From Bdellovibrionales bacterium (lineage in GTDB: Bacteria > Bdellovibrionota > Bdellovibrionia > Bdellovibrionales > UBA1609): a DNA stretch of 64,000 nt. The DNA is taken from the NCBI GenBank assembly GCA_965203095.1, contig OZ241877.1, forward strand, positions 1,152,001-1,216,000, written 5' to 3'. A program made the position numbers and the translations under genes. This document shows positions 29,010 through 38,461 of this stretch, one piece after another (position 1 is the first letter of the stretch; every line of letters begins with the position of its first letter). Below the pieces are notes generated by a model that worked only from the letters and a program-made list of their open reading frames with translations, searched no databases and was not told where the DNA came from.

Positions 29010-29939
29010 CTAAAACTTATAATCCGTATCTGCTAAATGAACAATTTTTTGAATAAGCTCCGGAAAATCTATCCCGTCATATTGAGCGGACTTAGGTAAA
29101 AGAGAGTTTTTTGTAAGCCCCGGTAAAGTGTTCACTTCAATCAGCCAGGGAGTTTTATCCTTTTCCAACAAAAAATCCGCACGAGCGTAAGAGTAAATGG
29201 GTAAAGATCGAAAAACTCTCTCTGCAAGGGATTTTATTTTTTCTAAAACAAGAGGATCTATTCGAGGGGGGATAAAATAAGAGGACTTCCCTTTAATATA
29301 TTTTCTTTTATAGTCGTAAAATTCCCCTTTTGGCTCAATTTCCACAGGAGTTAAAATTTGCCCATCTAAAAAAGAGACAGCTATCTCCCGGCAGTGGGGC
29401 AAATAATCCTCAATAAAAACTGGTGAGCCAATCTGTTTTGCCTTTTTCACAAAGGGCAAAACCTGCTTCTTCTCCTTAACAATATAAGTGGCCAGCGAAG
29501 ATCCCCCGTGAGAGGATTTAACAACTACAGGATAAGCAAAATCGGTTTTGGTTGAGCCTGTAGGGGGAACAACATAAAAATCAGGAGTGGGAAATTTATT
29601 TTGAATCAGCCAGTTTTTAAAAAAGATCTTATCCATACATAAACTGCTGGCCAAAATGCCACTTCCTGTATAAGGAATTTTTAAAAATTCAAAAAGAGAC
29701 TGCAAACAACCGTCTTCACCATAAGGCCCATGAACAGCCAAAAAAGCCAGATCGGGTTTTTCAGATAGCAAAAGCTGAGGTAGGTTTTGATTGGCTGAGG
29801 CCATAAAATATTTATAACCTAACTGGACTAAAGCCTGGGCCACAGCTTTTGCACTCTCCCGGCTCACTTCAGCCTCTAAGCCTAAGTCATTTTGAATAAG
29901 AGCTATATTCTTTTGGGTTGCTATATTTTTTTTACTCAT
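29010..29939 (-). CDS. ddl: D-alanine--D-alanine ligase
   Basis: EAEVS, VHGPYGEDG, PYTGS, MDK, FYDY..KY, EVNTLPGLT..SLLP. Confidence 0.96.
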   Translation of the reverse strand: MSKKNIATQKNIALIQNDLGLEAEVSRESAKAVAQALVQLGYKYFMASANQNLPQLLLSEKPDLAFLAVHGPYGEDGCLQSLFEFLKIPYTGSGILASSLCMDKIFFKNWLIQNKFPTPDFYVVPPTGSTKTDFAYPVVVKSSHGGSSLATYIVKEKKQVLPFVKKAKQIGSPVFIEDYLPHCREIAVSFLDGQILTPVEIEPKGEFYDYKRKYIKGKSSYFIPPRIDPLVLEKIKSLAERVFRSLPIYSYARADFLLEKDKTPWLIEVNTLPGLTKNSLLPKSAQYDGIDFPELIQKIVHLADTDYKF

Positions 29940-29952
29940 AGTTTTTAGCTAT

Positions 29953-32856
29953 TTATAACTCTGCATCTTCAATAGAAGTGCAAACTTTATAATCAACTCC
30001 TATGCTTTCAAAGTGTGCCTTCCCGCACTGAATTTTTTTACTTTCCAAAGCTCGTAAGCCCAATTTATCTAAAGAGGATTTTGTTTCTCGTATCATATAA
30101 ACAATATCTCCATTTTGTTTGAGAATAGCCCAATCAGGGTTATATTCCCCAACGGGAGTTGAGACTTTAAACCAGCCAGGGAGTTTAATAAAATACTTTA
30201 TATTGCTCATATTCTCAAGAGCCTCTGCAAAACTTTTTTCAGGATGGGATTCATAATAGATATAATCATAAACTGATTTTTTAGTAGGTATAATTTTATC
30301 ATCTATAAATTCCATTTTATGCTCTTCATCTTCAAACCGAGACATTTCATAAGACTCTTTATCTAACTTTTCATATTTAATGCCTTCAATAACCAATTGG
30401 TTTAACACAGTTTTTATCTCCTTAACAACCAAATCCATAAATTTTTGCGGATTAGAAATAAAATCGTCCCACCTCTTGGATTGATCTAAAATTTTAAAAA
30501 TCGTTTTTCTGGTGATAGGGATTCTATCTTGAATATAAGATAAAATATCAGGAATCTTGTTTCTCTCCGGAAGATCATAATGATCCGGTGTTTTTGTGAG
30601 ATGAGCTTTTACACCTTTGGTTTTAAGTTCAATATCCACCTCAGAAACAGAAATTTTAATCGGTTGCACAGCTTCCATATTATAAATGGCCTTTCCTGCT
30701 TTTTTTATTAAGTCTTTTGAATCGTAATAAACATTATAAAATGTTTTTTTAGATATAGCTTTCCAAAATTTTTTAAATTCAGGATCTAACAAGGTTTTTT
30801 TATTTAAGCCTGCCCGTTTTTTTGTTTTATATTTCCGAATGTATCTTCCTGATTGGTATTCCTCCACTCTGCAAATAATCTCACTACGAATATTTTTAAA
30901 ATTTTTAGAAACTAAAAAATGATTGTTTTGGACAGCTTTTGCAAATTCTTCCTTAATCACCCCCTCATTAGACAGATAAGATAATTCTTTAAGCTCCTTC
31001 CATATTGCTTTAGATTCTTCTAAACGGATTTGATGTTCTTTTCCCTGTTTTTTAAAAGAGATTCCAACAAATGCATTGGTAGGCAAAGCTCCAAAAACAA
31101 AACCGCATTCCTCTTCAAACTCTTTTTGCAAACTGTTTACAAAACTATCATAACTTTCATTAGCTATAACAATCAAATTGTTAATCAAATCATCCTGCAC
31201 TCTTTCACCTTTTTGATTGACAGGAAGTCTTAAACCTCTTCCAATTTCTTGTCTTTTTTTTAAGGTAGAACCAGTTTCGTTTAATGTGCAGATTTGAAAA
31301 ATGTTGGGGTTATCCCAACCTTCTCTTAAAGCGGAATGAGTAAAAATAAACTTTAAAGGATTGTTAATGTCTAATAGTTTTTCTTTTTCTTTCATAATTA
31401 AATTATAGGTATTTGTATCTTCTTTAGTATCTCCTTTAGTATTTTTAAAATGACCTTTTTTATCTTTGGAAAAATATCCATTATGAACTATGGAAACCGA
31501 TCCCATATCTTGCTCTTTTTTATATTTTTTAGATAACTCCTTATAAATTTCTTCAAACCATTTCCCGTAAATTCCTAAAGAAACATTTCCTGCATTATAA
31601 ACTCTGTAATTTTCTACACGATCCAAAAAAAAGAGAGATAAAACTTTTATTCCTGTTCCCTTTAACTGAGCTTCTTTTTCAAAATGAGTTTCTATGGTTT
31701 TCCTGATCTGAGCCTTTACTACTTCTTTTTTAAAACCTCCCTGTTCCTGTTTTTCTGCAATTTTTAAGCCATTAGAAAACTTAACAAACTCATTGCCTGG
31801 TTTACAGCTAATTTCATTGACCTTAAACCCATATTTATAAATAGGATTTTCATCTGAATAAACAAATAAATCGTCATTCTGCCTACAGTTTTTATTTACT
31901 AATTTTCGCCCTTCTTTTGTATTTTTAAAAAACTGGATTTGTGAAGTGATCTTGTTGTTTTTATTAGTGATCTTTAAAACTTTTATATAGGCTTGTGTAG
32001 GATCATTTTCCTCAACTAAAGAGGCGACAGAGATTTTTTTAACTAATTTTTTTTGAAATGCCTGCACAGGGTCTAAACGATACACCGGATTATATAAATT
32101 TCTATGGGTTGCAGAATACCGTAAGGTGCAAAGGGGATTCAAGGATTTTATAGCTGAACGAGATTTTTCACTTTCCATATTTTGAGGTTCATCAATAATT
32201 ACAATGGGTTTTATGTTTTTTATAAATTCAATAGGTTTTATTCCTCCAGCTTGATCTCTTGCTTCATGAATGATGTTTTTATCTTTGTTAAAAGCATCTA
32301 TGTTGATAACCATAATTTGCAAATCATTTCCTCTGGCAAAATTCCTCAATAAACTGATTTTTTTAGATTGATAAATAAAAGGAATAAAAACAGGATTGTT
32401 ATATAGCTCTTTAAAATGAGATTGCATTATATCAAAGGATTTTAAAACTCCTTCCCGAATAGCTATAGAGGGAACAACAATGATGAATTTGCTAAATCCA
32501 TATTGCCTGTTCAATTCAAATATTGTTCTTAAATAGACATAAGTTTTTCCTGTTCCTGTTTCCATTTCCACAGTAAAGTTTTTTCCTTTACTACCTATAC
32601 TTTCTTTGGAGAAAATTTGATTTTTATCTTGCACTTTTTTTAAATTTTTATTTATTTGTTCATCGCTTAAGGTCAGCTTATTTCCATAAAGTGATTCCAT
32701 ACCCCCTTTGGATAAGGACAATTCTTGTATGCTGGCAATTTTTCCTCCTGTGACTCCAAAAACATTGGACGAAATAGTTTGTCCTTTAAACAAATCCTTC
32801 ACAGCGGAAATAGCGTTTAACTGGTATTTTTGATTGGGCTTAAATTGAAACTTCAT
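29953..32856 (-). CDS. res: Type III restriction-modification Res subunit (helicase + nuclease)
   Basis: METGTGKT, IIDEPQ, RYSAT, ALREGWDNPN, QEIGRGLR, nuclease YNPDW...IRETK. Confidence 0.95.
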   Translation of the reverse strand: MKFQFKPNQKYQLNAISAVKDLFKGQTISSNVFGVTGGKIASIQELSLSKGGMESLYGNKLTLSDEQINKNLKKVQDKNQIFSKESIGSKGKNFTVEMETGTGKTYVYLRTIFELNRQYGFSKFIIVVPSIAIREGVLKSFDIMQSHFKELYNNPVFIPFIYQSKKISLLRNFARGNDLQIMVINIDAFNKDKNIIHEARDQAGGIKPIEFIKNIKPIVIIDEPQNMESEKSRSAIKSLNPLCTLRYSATHRNLYNPVYRLDPVQAFQKKLVKKISVASLVEENDPTQAYIKVLKITNKNNKITSQIQFFKNTKEGRKLVNKNCRQNDDLFVYSDENPIYKYGFKVNEISCKPGNEFVKFSNGLKIAEKQEQGGFKKEVVKAQIRKTIETHFEKEAQLKGTGIKVLSLFFLDRVENYRVYNAGNVSLGIYGKWFEEIYKELSKKYKKEQDMGSVSIVHNGYFSKDKKGHFKNTKGDTKEDTNTYNLIMKEKEKLLDINNPLKFIFTHSALREGWDNPNIFQICTLNETGSTLKKRQEIGRGLRLPVNQKGERVQDDLINNLIVIANESYDSFVNSLQKEFEEECGFVFGALPTNAFVGISFKKQGKEHQIRLEESKAIWKELKELSYLSNEGVIKEEFAKAVQNNHFLVSKNFKNIRSEIICRVEEYQSGRYIRKYKTKKRAGLNKKTLLDPEFKKFWKAISKKTFYNVYYDSKDLIKKAGKAIYNMEAVQPIKISVSEVDIELKTKGVKAHLTKTPDHYDLPERNKIPDILSYIQDRIPITRKTIFKILDQSKRWDDFISNPQKFMDLVVKEIKTVLNQLVIEGIKYEKLDKESYEMSRFEDEEHKMEFIDDKIIPTKKSVYDYIYYESHPEKSFAEALENMSNIKYFIKLPGWFKVSTPVGEYNPDWAILKQNGDIVYMIRETKSSLDKLGLRALESKKIQCGKAHFESIGVDYKVCTSIEDAEL

Positions 32857-33953
32857 TTGCTCCTCTTCTTTTTTAAATTCTTCTTGCTTTTTATTGTTGG
32901 TTTGACAACTTTTTTAGACATCGTTTTGTTCTTTTGTTTTTGTTCTAAAGTGCGAACAGATTGTCTTAAATCATGTAAATATTTTTTATCCGCTTCTCTT
33001 TCAGCTCGCAATCTTCTTTTTTTTAAGAAAATACTATATTGCTCATAAGCCCAAGCCGTAGCAATTTCATGACTAACTAAACCAGAATGACTTAAGACTA
33101 ATAATTCTGTATCCTTTAGAAATTTATCTAAAAAATTTTCCCAATCGTGGATATAAATATTTTGTTTTCGTTTAGCACGAAACTCAGCTTGATCTAAAAA
33201 CATTACAGTAATACGATTAAGAATATCTATCTCTTTCGCAGTCAAATAATTTTTTGCTATAACTACATCTTTTTTCAGCACATATTTGCCTTTCCATGCC
33301 GTTAATCCCATATTAGCTTTACTTGCTTTTGCTCTTTTATATACAATTTCAGCGGCCGTCAGTCCTGTTGCAGCATAGTGCATTTTATTTTGCATTATAG
33401 CAAAAAAAATCTGTGTCTCCTCTTCTTCTCTCTTATAATCTTCTGCTAAAGAAAAAATCTCCCGAACACGTTGATACACACGAGCTTCACTGGCACGAAT
33501 AGATCGGATCCGTTCCAGCAACTCATCAAAATAATCTATAATCCCAATATTACCTTTTAGCCGTTCATCATCTAAAGTAAAACCTTTAATCAAATACTCT
33601 TTTAAATGAATTGTAGCCCATTGACGAAATTGCATACCACGAGAAGAACGGACACGATAGCCAATAGCTAAAATCATATCCAAGTTATAATGTTTTAACT
33701 TCCTTTGAATACGACGTTTCCCCTCCAAACGAACTTGTAAGTATTTCTTACAAGTTGCCACTTCAGATAATTCTTTTTCTTGATAAATAGTTTGAATATG
33801 CATTGTAATATTTTGTGAAGTTGTCTGAAAAAGTTGAGCAATATGCTCTTGAGTCAGCCACACTGTTTTATCTTGTAGGCGAACATCAATCCGATCTTTT
33901 CCATCTTTGGTGCGATAAATGATAATTTGTGAATCAGGTATCTTTTTTGACAT
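32853..33953 (-). CDS. rhuM: RhuM family DNA-binding protein
   Basis: TVWLTQ..IA.LF, HYNLDMILAIGYRVRS..G.QFRQWA, YFDELLERIR.IRASE, QNKMHYA. Confidence 0.92.
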   Translation of the reverse strand: MSKKIPDSQIIIYRTKDGKDRIDVRLQDKTVWLTQEHIAQLFQTTSQNITMHIQTIYQEKELSEVATCKKYLQVRLEGKRRIQRKLKHYNLDMILAIGYRVRSSRGMQFRQWATIHLKEYLIKGFTLDDERLKGNIGIIDYFDELLERIRSIRASEARVYQRVREIFSLAEDYKREEEETQIFFAIMQNKMHYAATGLTAAEIVYKRAKASKANMGLTAWKGKYVLKKDVVIAKNYLTAKEIDILNRITVMFLDQAEFRAKRKQNIYIHDWENFLDKFLKDTELLVLSHSGLVSHEIATAWAYEQYSIFLKKRRLRAEREADKKYLHDLRQSVRTLEQKQKNKTMSKKVVKPTIKSKKNLKKKRSK

Positions 33954-33977
33954 TTTTCAACACTCCTCTGTTTCGTG

Positions 33978-36008
33978 TTATATGACTCTAAAATCCCTTA
34001 CTCCAAAAGAGTCAAAAGTATCTTTAGCATTGGTTTTTAGCCAGTCATTACCTTCAAAGCTTTTATCTAAACAAAGCACACGGGCAGGCTCAAGTTTTGC
34101 CATTTCCTGAATAAGCTCTTTTGTGATTCTTTTTTCAAGGCAAACCAAAAGAGCATTATTTTCTATAGAATAAACTGTCTTACCGGACATTTTTAGAATT
34201 TTTATTTTGGTTGTGAGCAAATAGCCTGTTTTAATAAGAATCTCATAAAGCAAATCTTCGGTAGTGGATTTTTTATCAATCAACTCTTCAAGTTGCATTT
34301 TGATTTGCCCGGAACTGTCCTTTGAGATTTGTTCATTCCATATTTTGAAATTGGATTTATCCAATTTAAAAACCTTAAAACCTAAGTCCCAATTGTTTTG
34401 TATTTCTTTTGGAGGATTTTTGTCTTTCTTGTTTATAGCCGGAAAAAGTCCGGCCTGTTGGTTTTCTAAAGAGGAGGAGGCTTTTTGATTTTTGGTTTTA
34501 AGAGAGTTTTTGTTTTCTGTTTCTTTAATTTTCTTAATGGCCCGGCGGATTCGCTCTTTTCCTATATCCGCAATAGTTTTGTATCCTTCTTTATAAGCGG
34601 ATGTATCTTCCTGAGTAGGTTCTGGTAGCTGGACACAAATATATTTCCTGCTCCCTCCGTCTTCTAAATTTTTCTCATAAACCGCGTGAGCCGTTGTCCC
34701 GGAACCAGCAAAAAAATCTAAGATAATATCGTCTTTATCTGTTCTTGAAACTTCTATTAAATACTTAATTAAACAGGTGGGTTTTGAATAGTCAAAAGGT
34801 ATATTTAAAGCATCAAGTTCATGAGATCCTTTCTGATTTATATGATTTTCTATCAAACTGTTTGGCTTAGCTGAAGCATTATTAATTACATCCAACAAGT
34901 AGGTTTTTGTAAATACATTATACTTTGCTGGTTTTTTGTTTTTATCAATTAAGTTTGAAGATCTTGTTTCCTTAATAACAATTTTATCTTGATCCGCTTT
35001 AAACTTTTTTTTCGTCCATCGCCAAATTCCATCACCCAACACTGGTCGTTCCGGTGGAAAAGTGGAACCAGGAGGAATAACCTCGTCACCATTAGGGCAT
35101 TTTATCCAAAATCGCTGTTCAGGATTTCTGTTCTGAATAGTAGACATAAACAAGCGAACAAGCTGATATTTTTCTCCTTTTCGTGCTCCAGTTTGTTCTA
35201 CAAGATTGTATGCTTTAGTATTCACACCACCAAAAAAAGGTTTAGCATTATCTATGTTTTTTGTATAAGTCAAAATATAATCAAAATTAGGAGCCCAAAA
35301 ATCTCCTTTATTATTACTTTTTTTAGTAATTCTTCCTGCACATCCAATAAAATTCTCTTCACCAAAAATTTCATCGCAAATTTTTCTTAAGTTAGCAACT
35401 TCATTGTCGTCAATGCTAATAAAAATCACCCCGTCATCTCTCAAAAGATTTCTTGCAAGAAACAAGCGGGGATACATCATATTGAGCCAGTTAGAATGAA
35501 ACCGCCCATCGGTTTCCTGATTGGTAGAAAATCTTTTCCCCTCAATATCCTTTTGCCCTGTGTATTTTAAATAAGTATCCAAACTTTCACTATATTTGTC
35601 AGGATAGATAAAATCCTTCCCTGTGTTATAGGGCGGGTCAATATAAATCATTTTGATTTTTCCATAATAAGAATGCTGGAGCAGTTTTAAAACTTCCAGA
35701 TTATCCCCCTCTATAAACAAATTTTGTGTCTTTTCCCAATCCAAACTCTCTTTTTTGCAGGGCTTTAAAGTTCCAAGGCTTTGCTCTTGAATTATGCGAA
35801 AGCAATCCGCTTTCCCCGGCCAACTAATATGATACCGCTCTACCTCTTTATCTAATATTTCCCCAAGCGTGGTTTTTAATCTCTCCCAGTCAATGTTTTT
35901 CTCATTAAAGACTTCAGGAAAAAGTTGTCTTAACTTTTTCTTCTGATCCTCTGTAATACTCATAGACCGCAAATCCAACTTCTTTAGCTTTTGTTTGGTG
36001 TTTTTCAT
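33978..36008 (-). CDS. mod: Type III restriction-modification Mod subunit (N6-adenine DNA methyltransferase)
   Basis: IEGDNLEVLK, IYIDPPYN, WLNMMYPRL, ILDFFAGSGTT; TRD between motifs IV and I. Confidence 0.96.
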   Translation of the reverse strand: MKNTKQKLKKLDLRSMSITEDQKKKLRQLFPEVFNEKNIDWERLKTTLGEILDKEVERYHISWPGKADCFRIIQEQSLGTLKPCKKESLDWEKTQNLFIEGDNLEVLKLLQHSYYGKIKMIYIDPPYNTGKDFIYPDKYSESLDTYLKYTGQKDIEGKRFSTNQETDGRFHSNWLNMMYPRLFLARNLLRDDGVIFISIDDNEVANLRKICDEIFGEENFIGCAGRITKKSNNKGDFWAPNFDYILTYTKNIDNAKPFFGGVNTKAYNLVEQTGARKGEKYQLVRLFMSTIQNRNPEQRFWIKCPNGDEVIPPGSTFPPERPVLGDGIWRWTKKKFKADQDKIVIKETRSSNLIDKNKKPAKYNVFTKTYLLDVINNASAKPNSLIENHINQKGSHELDALNIPFDYSKPTCLIKYLIEVSRTDKDDIILDFFAGSGTTAHAVYEKNLEDGGSRKYICVQLPEPTQEDTSAYKEGYKTIADIGKERIRRAIKKIKETENKNSLKTKNQKASSSLENQQAGLFPAINKKDKNPPKEIQNNWDLGFKVFKLDKSNFKIWNEQISKDSSGQIKMQLEELIDKKSTTEDLLYEILIKTGYLLTTKIKILKMSGKTVYSIENNALLVCLEKRITKELIQEMAKLEPARVLCLDKSFEGNDWLKTNAKDTFDSFGVRDFRVI

Positions 36009-36093
36009 TCTAACCTCTTAAACATTGTCTTTTATCTTTCCGCACTCCTGATACTGTTGAATATAATAAAAGATATATGGCTTTGGCAACTGT

Positions 36094-36990
36094 TTATTCA
36101 TCCCATTCCCCAATACGGTGAACTTCAGTTTCTAACATTACAGAGAATTTATCGTAAACCCTGTTTTGAACTTCTTTAATAAGGCTTTGAATATCTTTTG
36201 CAGTAGCAGATCCAAGGTTGATTATGAAATTGCCATGCTTTTCAGAAACTTGAGCCTGTCCTTTTTTTAAGCCCTTAAGGCCGGCTTTTTCAATCAACTC
36301 CCCCGCAAACAGATAAGGTTTTTTATAGGGGTTTTTAAAAACAGAACCGCAAGTAGATTTATCTAAAGGTTGTGTGGCTCGCCTTCGCATTAGCTCCGCT
36401 TTGATTTGCTCCCCAAGGTTTTTTATCTCCTCTAAGGGCCATTCCAAACAGGCTGTATAGATCACTCCTTTTTGCCAGCCAGAGCTTTTGCGATAAGACC
36501 ATTGAATGTCTTTTTTCCTATATGTTTTTGATCCCTCAAAGTTTTGCACTTTAAAACTACTAATAATTTCTGAAAACTCAAAAGGTTTAACAGGGCGACT
36601 CACCCCGGCGTTCATAACAATTCCTCCTCCTACATCCCCTGGAAGTCCAGATAAAAAAAGAGCTGGGGCCAGTTTATGGGTTTTAAAAATCTTCATTACC
36701 TGAGATTTTAAAGTGCCAGCACCACAATAAATAAGGAGTTTGCCCTGGCTTTTTTCAAAAGAGCAATGATTGAGCCAAGCAGTGGAAATAACCAAACCCC
36801 TCACCCCCTGATCGCTAATTAAAACATTAGTCCCCCCACCAAGGACAGTCCAGTTTTGATGGTTTTCCTTAGCCCAAGCCAAAGCCTCTTTTAACTGCTG
36901 TAAATTTTCTGGCTGACAAAAGTGCTCTGCCGGCCCTCCCACCTTCCAAAAGCTAAAGTTTTTTAAAGACTCATTTTGTTTGATTTGCAT
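36094..36990 (-). CDS. murB: UDP-N-acetylmuramate dehydrogenase
   Basis: WKVGGPA, LGGGTNVLISD, GLPGDVGG..VMNAG, QP...CGSVFKNP, SEKHGNFIIN, LETEV. Confidence 0.96.
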   Translation of the reverse strand: MQIKQNESLKNFSFWKVGGPAEHFCQPENLQQLKEALAWAKENHQNWTVLGGGTNVLISDQGVRGLVISTAWLNHCSFEKSQGKLLIYCGAGTLKSQVMKIFKTHKLAPALFLSGLPGDVGGGIVMNAGVSRPVKPFEFSEIISSFKVQNFEGSKTYRKKDIQWSYRKSSGWQKGVIYTACLEWPLEEIKNLGEQIKAELMRRRATQPLDKSTCGSVFKNPYKKPYLFAGELIEKAGLKGLKKGQAQVSEKHGNFIINLGSATAKDIQSLIKEVQNRVYDKFSVMLETEVHRIGEWDE

Positions 36991-37006
36991 AAGCTATTCC
37001 CTAACT

Positions 37007-37096
37007 GGATTTATGACATTTTATTCACAATATTTTAAAAGTTTTTTTCTAAGTTTTTTTAATAATAGCAAATATATCTTAAAGTGTCATGAATCT
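37007..37096. repeat. Repeat family C, copy directly upstream of murB
   Basis: Imperfect terminal inverted repeat GGATTTATGACATTTT...AAAGTGTCATGAATCT (13/16); core shared with 8694-8776. Confidence 0.5.
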
Positions 37097-37211
37097 TAGC
37101 TAAAACTTTTAAAATACCTGTTGCCAACACAAATAGGGTAGATTATATAGTGGGCGGGCCTTATGGAGGCAAACAAATGATAACCTGCTCCTAATCACCT
37201 ATAAAAACACT

Positions 37212-38276
37212 ATGTTAGTTAATTATTACCCTCTTAAAATAACAAAAAAGATTTTTGAAACAAAAAGGGCTTGCTCCCTTTATTTGTCGGTTAAGGAAGA
37301 GCATAAAAATCTCTTTGTTTATCAAGCAGGTCAGTTTCTGACTTTTCGCTTTCTCATTGAGGGGAAGGAGTATGTGAGAAGCTACTCTATTGCCTCCTCT
37401 CCCTTTTTAAATGAGCCTCTAAGAGTCACTGTGGGGCAAGTGGAAGGAGGGCTGGTATCTAACTATATATTTTCTCAAGTTAAAGAGGGAGATGAGATTG
37501 AGTCTCAAGTGCCTTTAGGAGAGTTTTTTTGCCTACCCAAAAGCCTCCAACCTCAAAATTATATGCTTTTTTCTGCTGGTATAGGAATTACCCCTTTATT
37601 TTCCATTTTAAAAACAATTTTAGAAGTCCATATCGCGAAAAATGTCATTTTGGTTTTTTCTATTCGCAACATGACTGAGTTCATTTATCAAAAAGAACTG
37701 GAAGAGCTAAAAACTCTTTTTAAAAACCTCTTGCAAATTCGTCTCATTATATCGGAACAGGAGGGGCGATTAAACCCTGAAAAGATCTCTCAAATTATAA
37801 AACCATGTGATCCCCAAAACAGCTCATTTTACCTGTGCGGGCCAAAAAGTTATATGGAAATGATCTCCAACCAATTGCTTGAAAGTGGCATCCCTCCGGG
37901 CCAGATCCGGACAGAAGATTTTAAAATTGTCCCCATTCGGGGGCCAAAACCGGATAAAAATTCTGTGTTTTTTACAGCAAAGGCTTTTGAAGAGGGGGAA
38001 CCTGCCGAACTGAAAACTATTTTAGACGGAGAAGCTTTAAAGATCCCCCTCCATCGTGAGAAATCTCTGTTAGAGCAGTTGATTGATCAGGGGCATAGCC
38101 CTCCTTTTTCATGCACTTCTGGTTCTTGTATGACCTGTATGGCTAAACTTAAAGAGGGGAAGGTTTTCCAATTAGAAGAGGGTATTTTAGACGAAGACAA
38201 CATAAATAATTTAGAAATCTTAACTTGCCAAAGCTACCCTCTATCTAAAATTGTATCTATCGATTATGACTTATAA
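37212..38276 (+). CDS. FAD/NAD(P)H oxidoreductase with C-terminal 2Fe-2S ferredoxin (PaaE-like)
   Basis: GQFLTF, RSYSI, GLVSN, AGIGITP, YLCGP, CTSGSCMTC...LTCQ. Confidence 0.92.
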   Translation: MLVNYYPLKITKKIFETKRACSLYLSVKEEHKNLFVYQAGQFLTFRFLIEGKEYVRSYSIASSPFLNEPLRVTVGQVEGGLVSNYIFSQVKEGDEIESQVPLGEFFCLPKSLQPQNYMLFSAGIGITPLFSILKTILEVHIAKNVILVFSIRNMTEFIYQKELEELKTLFKNLLQIRLIISEQEGRLNPEKISQIIKPCDPQNSSFYLCGPKSYMEMISNQLLESGIPPGQIRTEDFKIVPIRGPKPDKNSVFFTAKAFEEGEPAELKTILDGEALKIPLHREKSLLEQLIDQGHSPPFSCTSGSCMTCMAKLKEGKVFQLEEGILDEDNINNLEILTCQSYPLSKIVSIDYDL

Positions 38277-38380
38277 CTCCTGTCCTCTTGCTTTCGCGAG
38301 GGCAAGCTTACAGAGAACACGGCCTTTGAACAAAGAAATTAAAGAATAATGCTTTTTAACAAGCTTTTTCACGAGGAACT
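38277..38380. repeat. Repeat family A, partial copy 5
   Basis: CAAGCTTACAGA and GGCCTTTGAACAAAGAAATTAAAGAATAATGCTTTTTAACAAGCTTTTTCAC match the copy at 13261-13428. Confidence 0.75.
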
Positions 38381-38461
38381 TTTTACTTGCTTTTTCCAAA
38401 GAAAGCTTATATATAAAGAGTTAGGCAAGAAAATCAACTTATCCAAAAAGTATATAAAAAA

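Noticed and set aside
33978..36008. Phase-variable mod (phasevarion)
   Set aside because: No simple-sequence repeat tract; A/T runs of 7-8 are common across the whole window
29940..36096. Target-site duplication around the type III R-M locus
   Set aside because: Best match after the two stop codons (TAAACAGTT vs TAAATAGCT) is only 7/9 and not convincing
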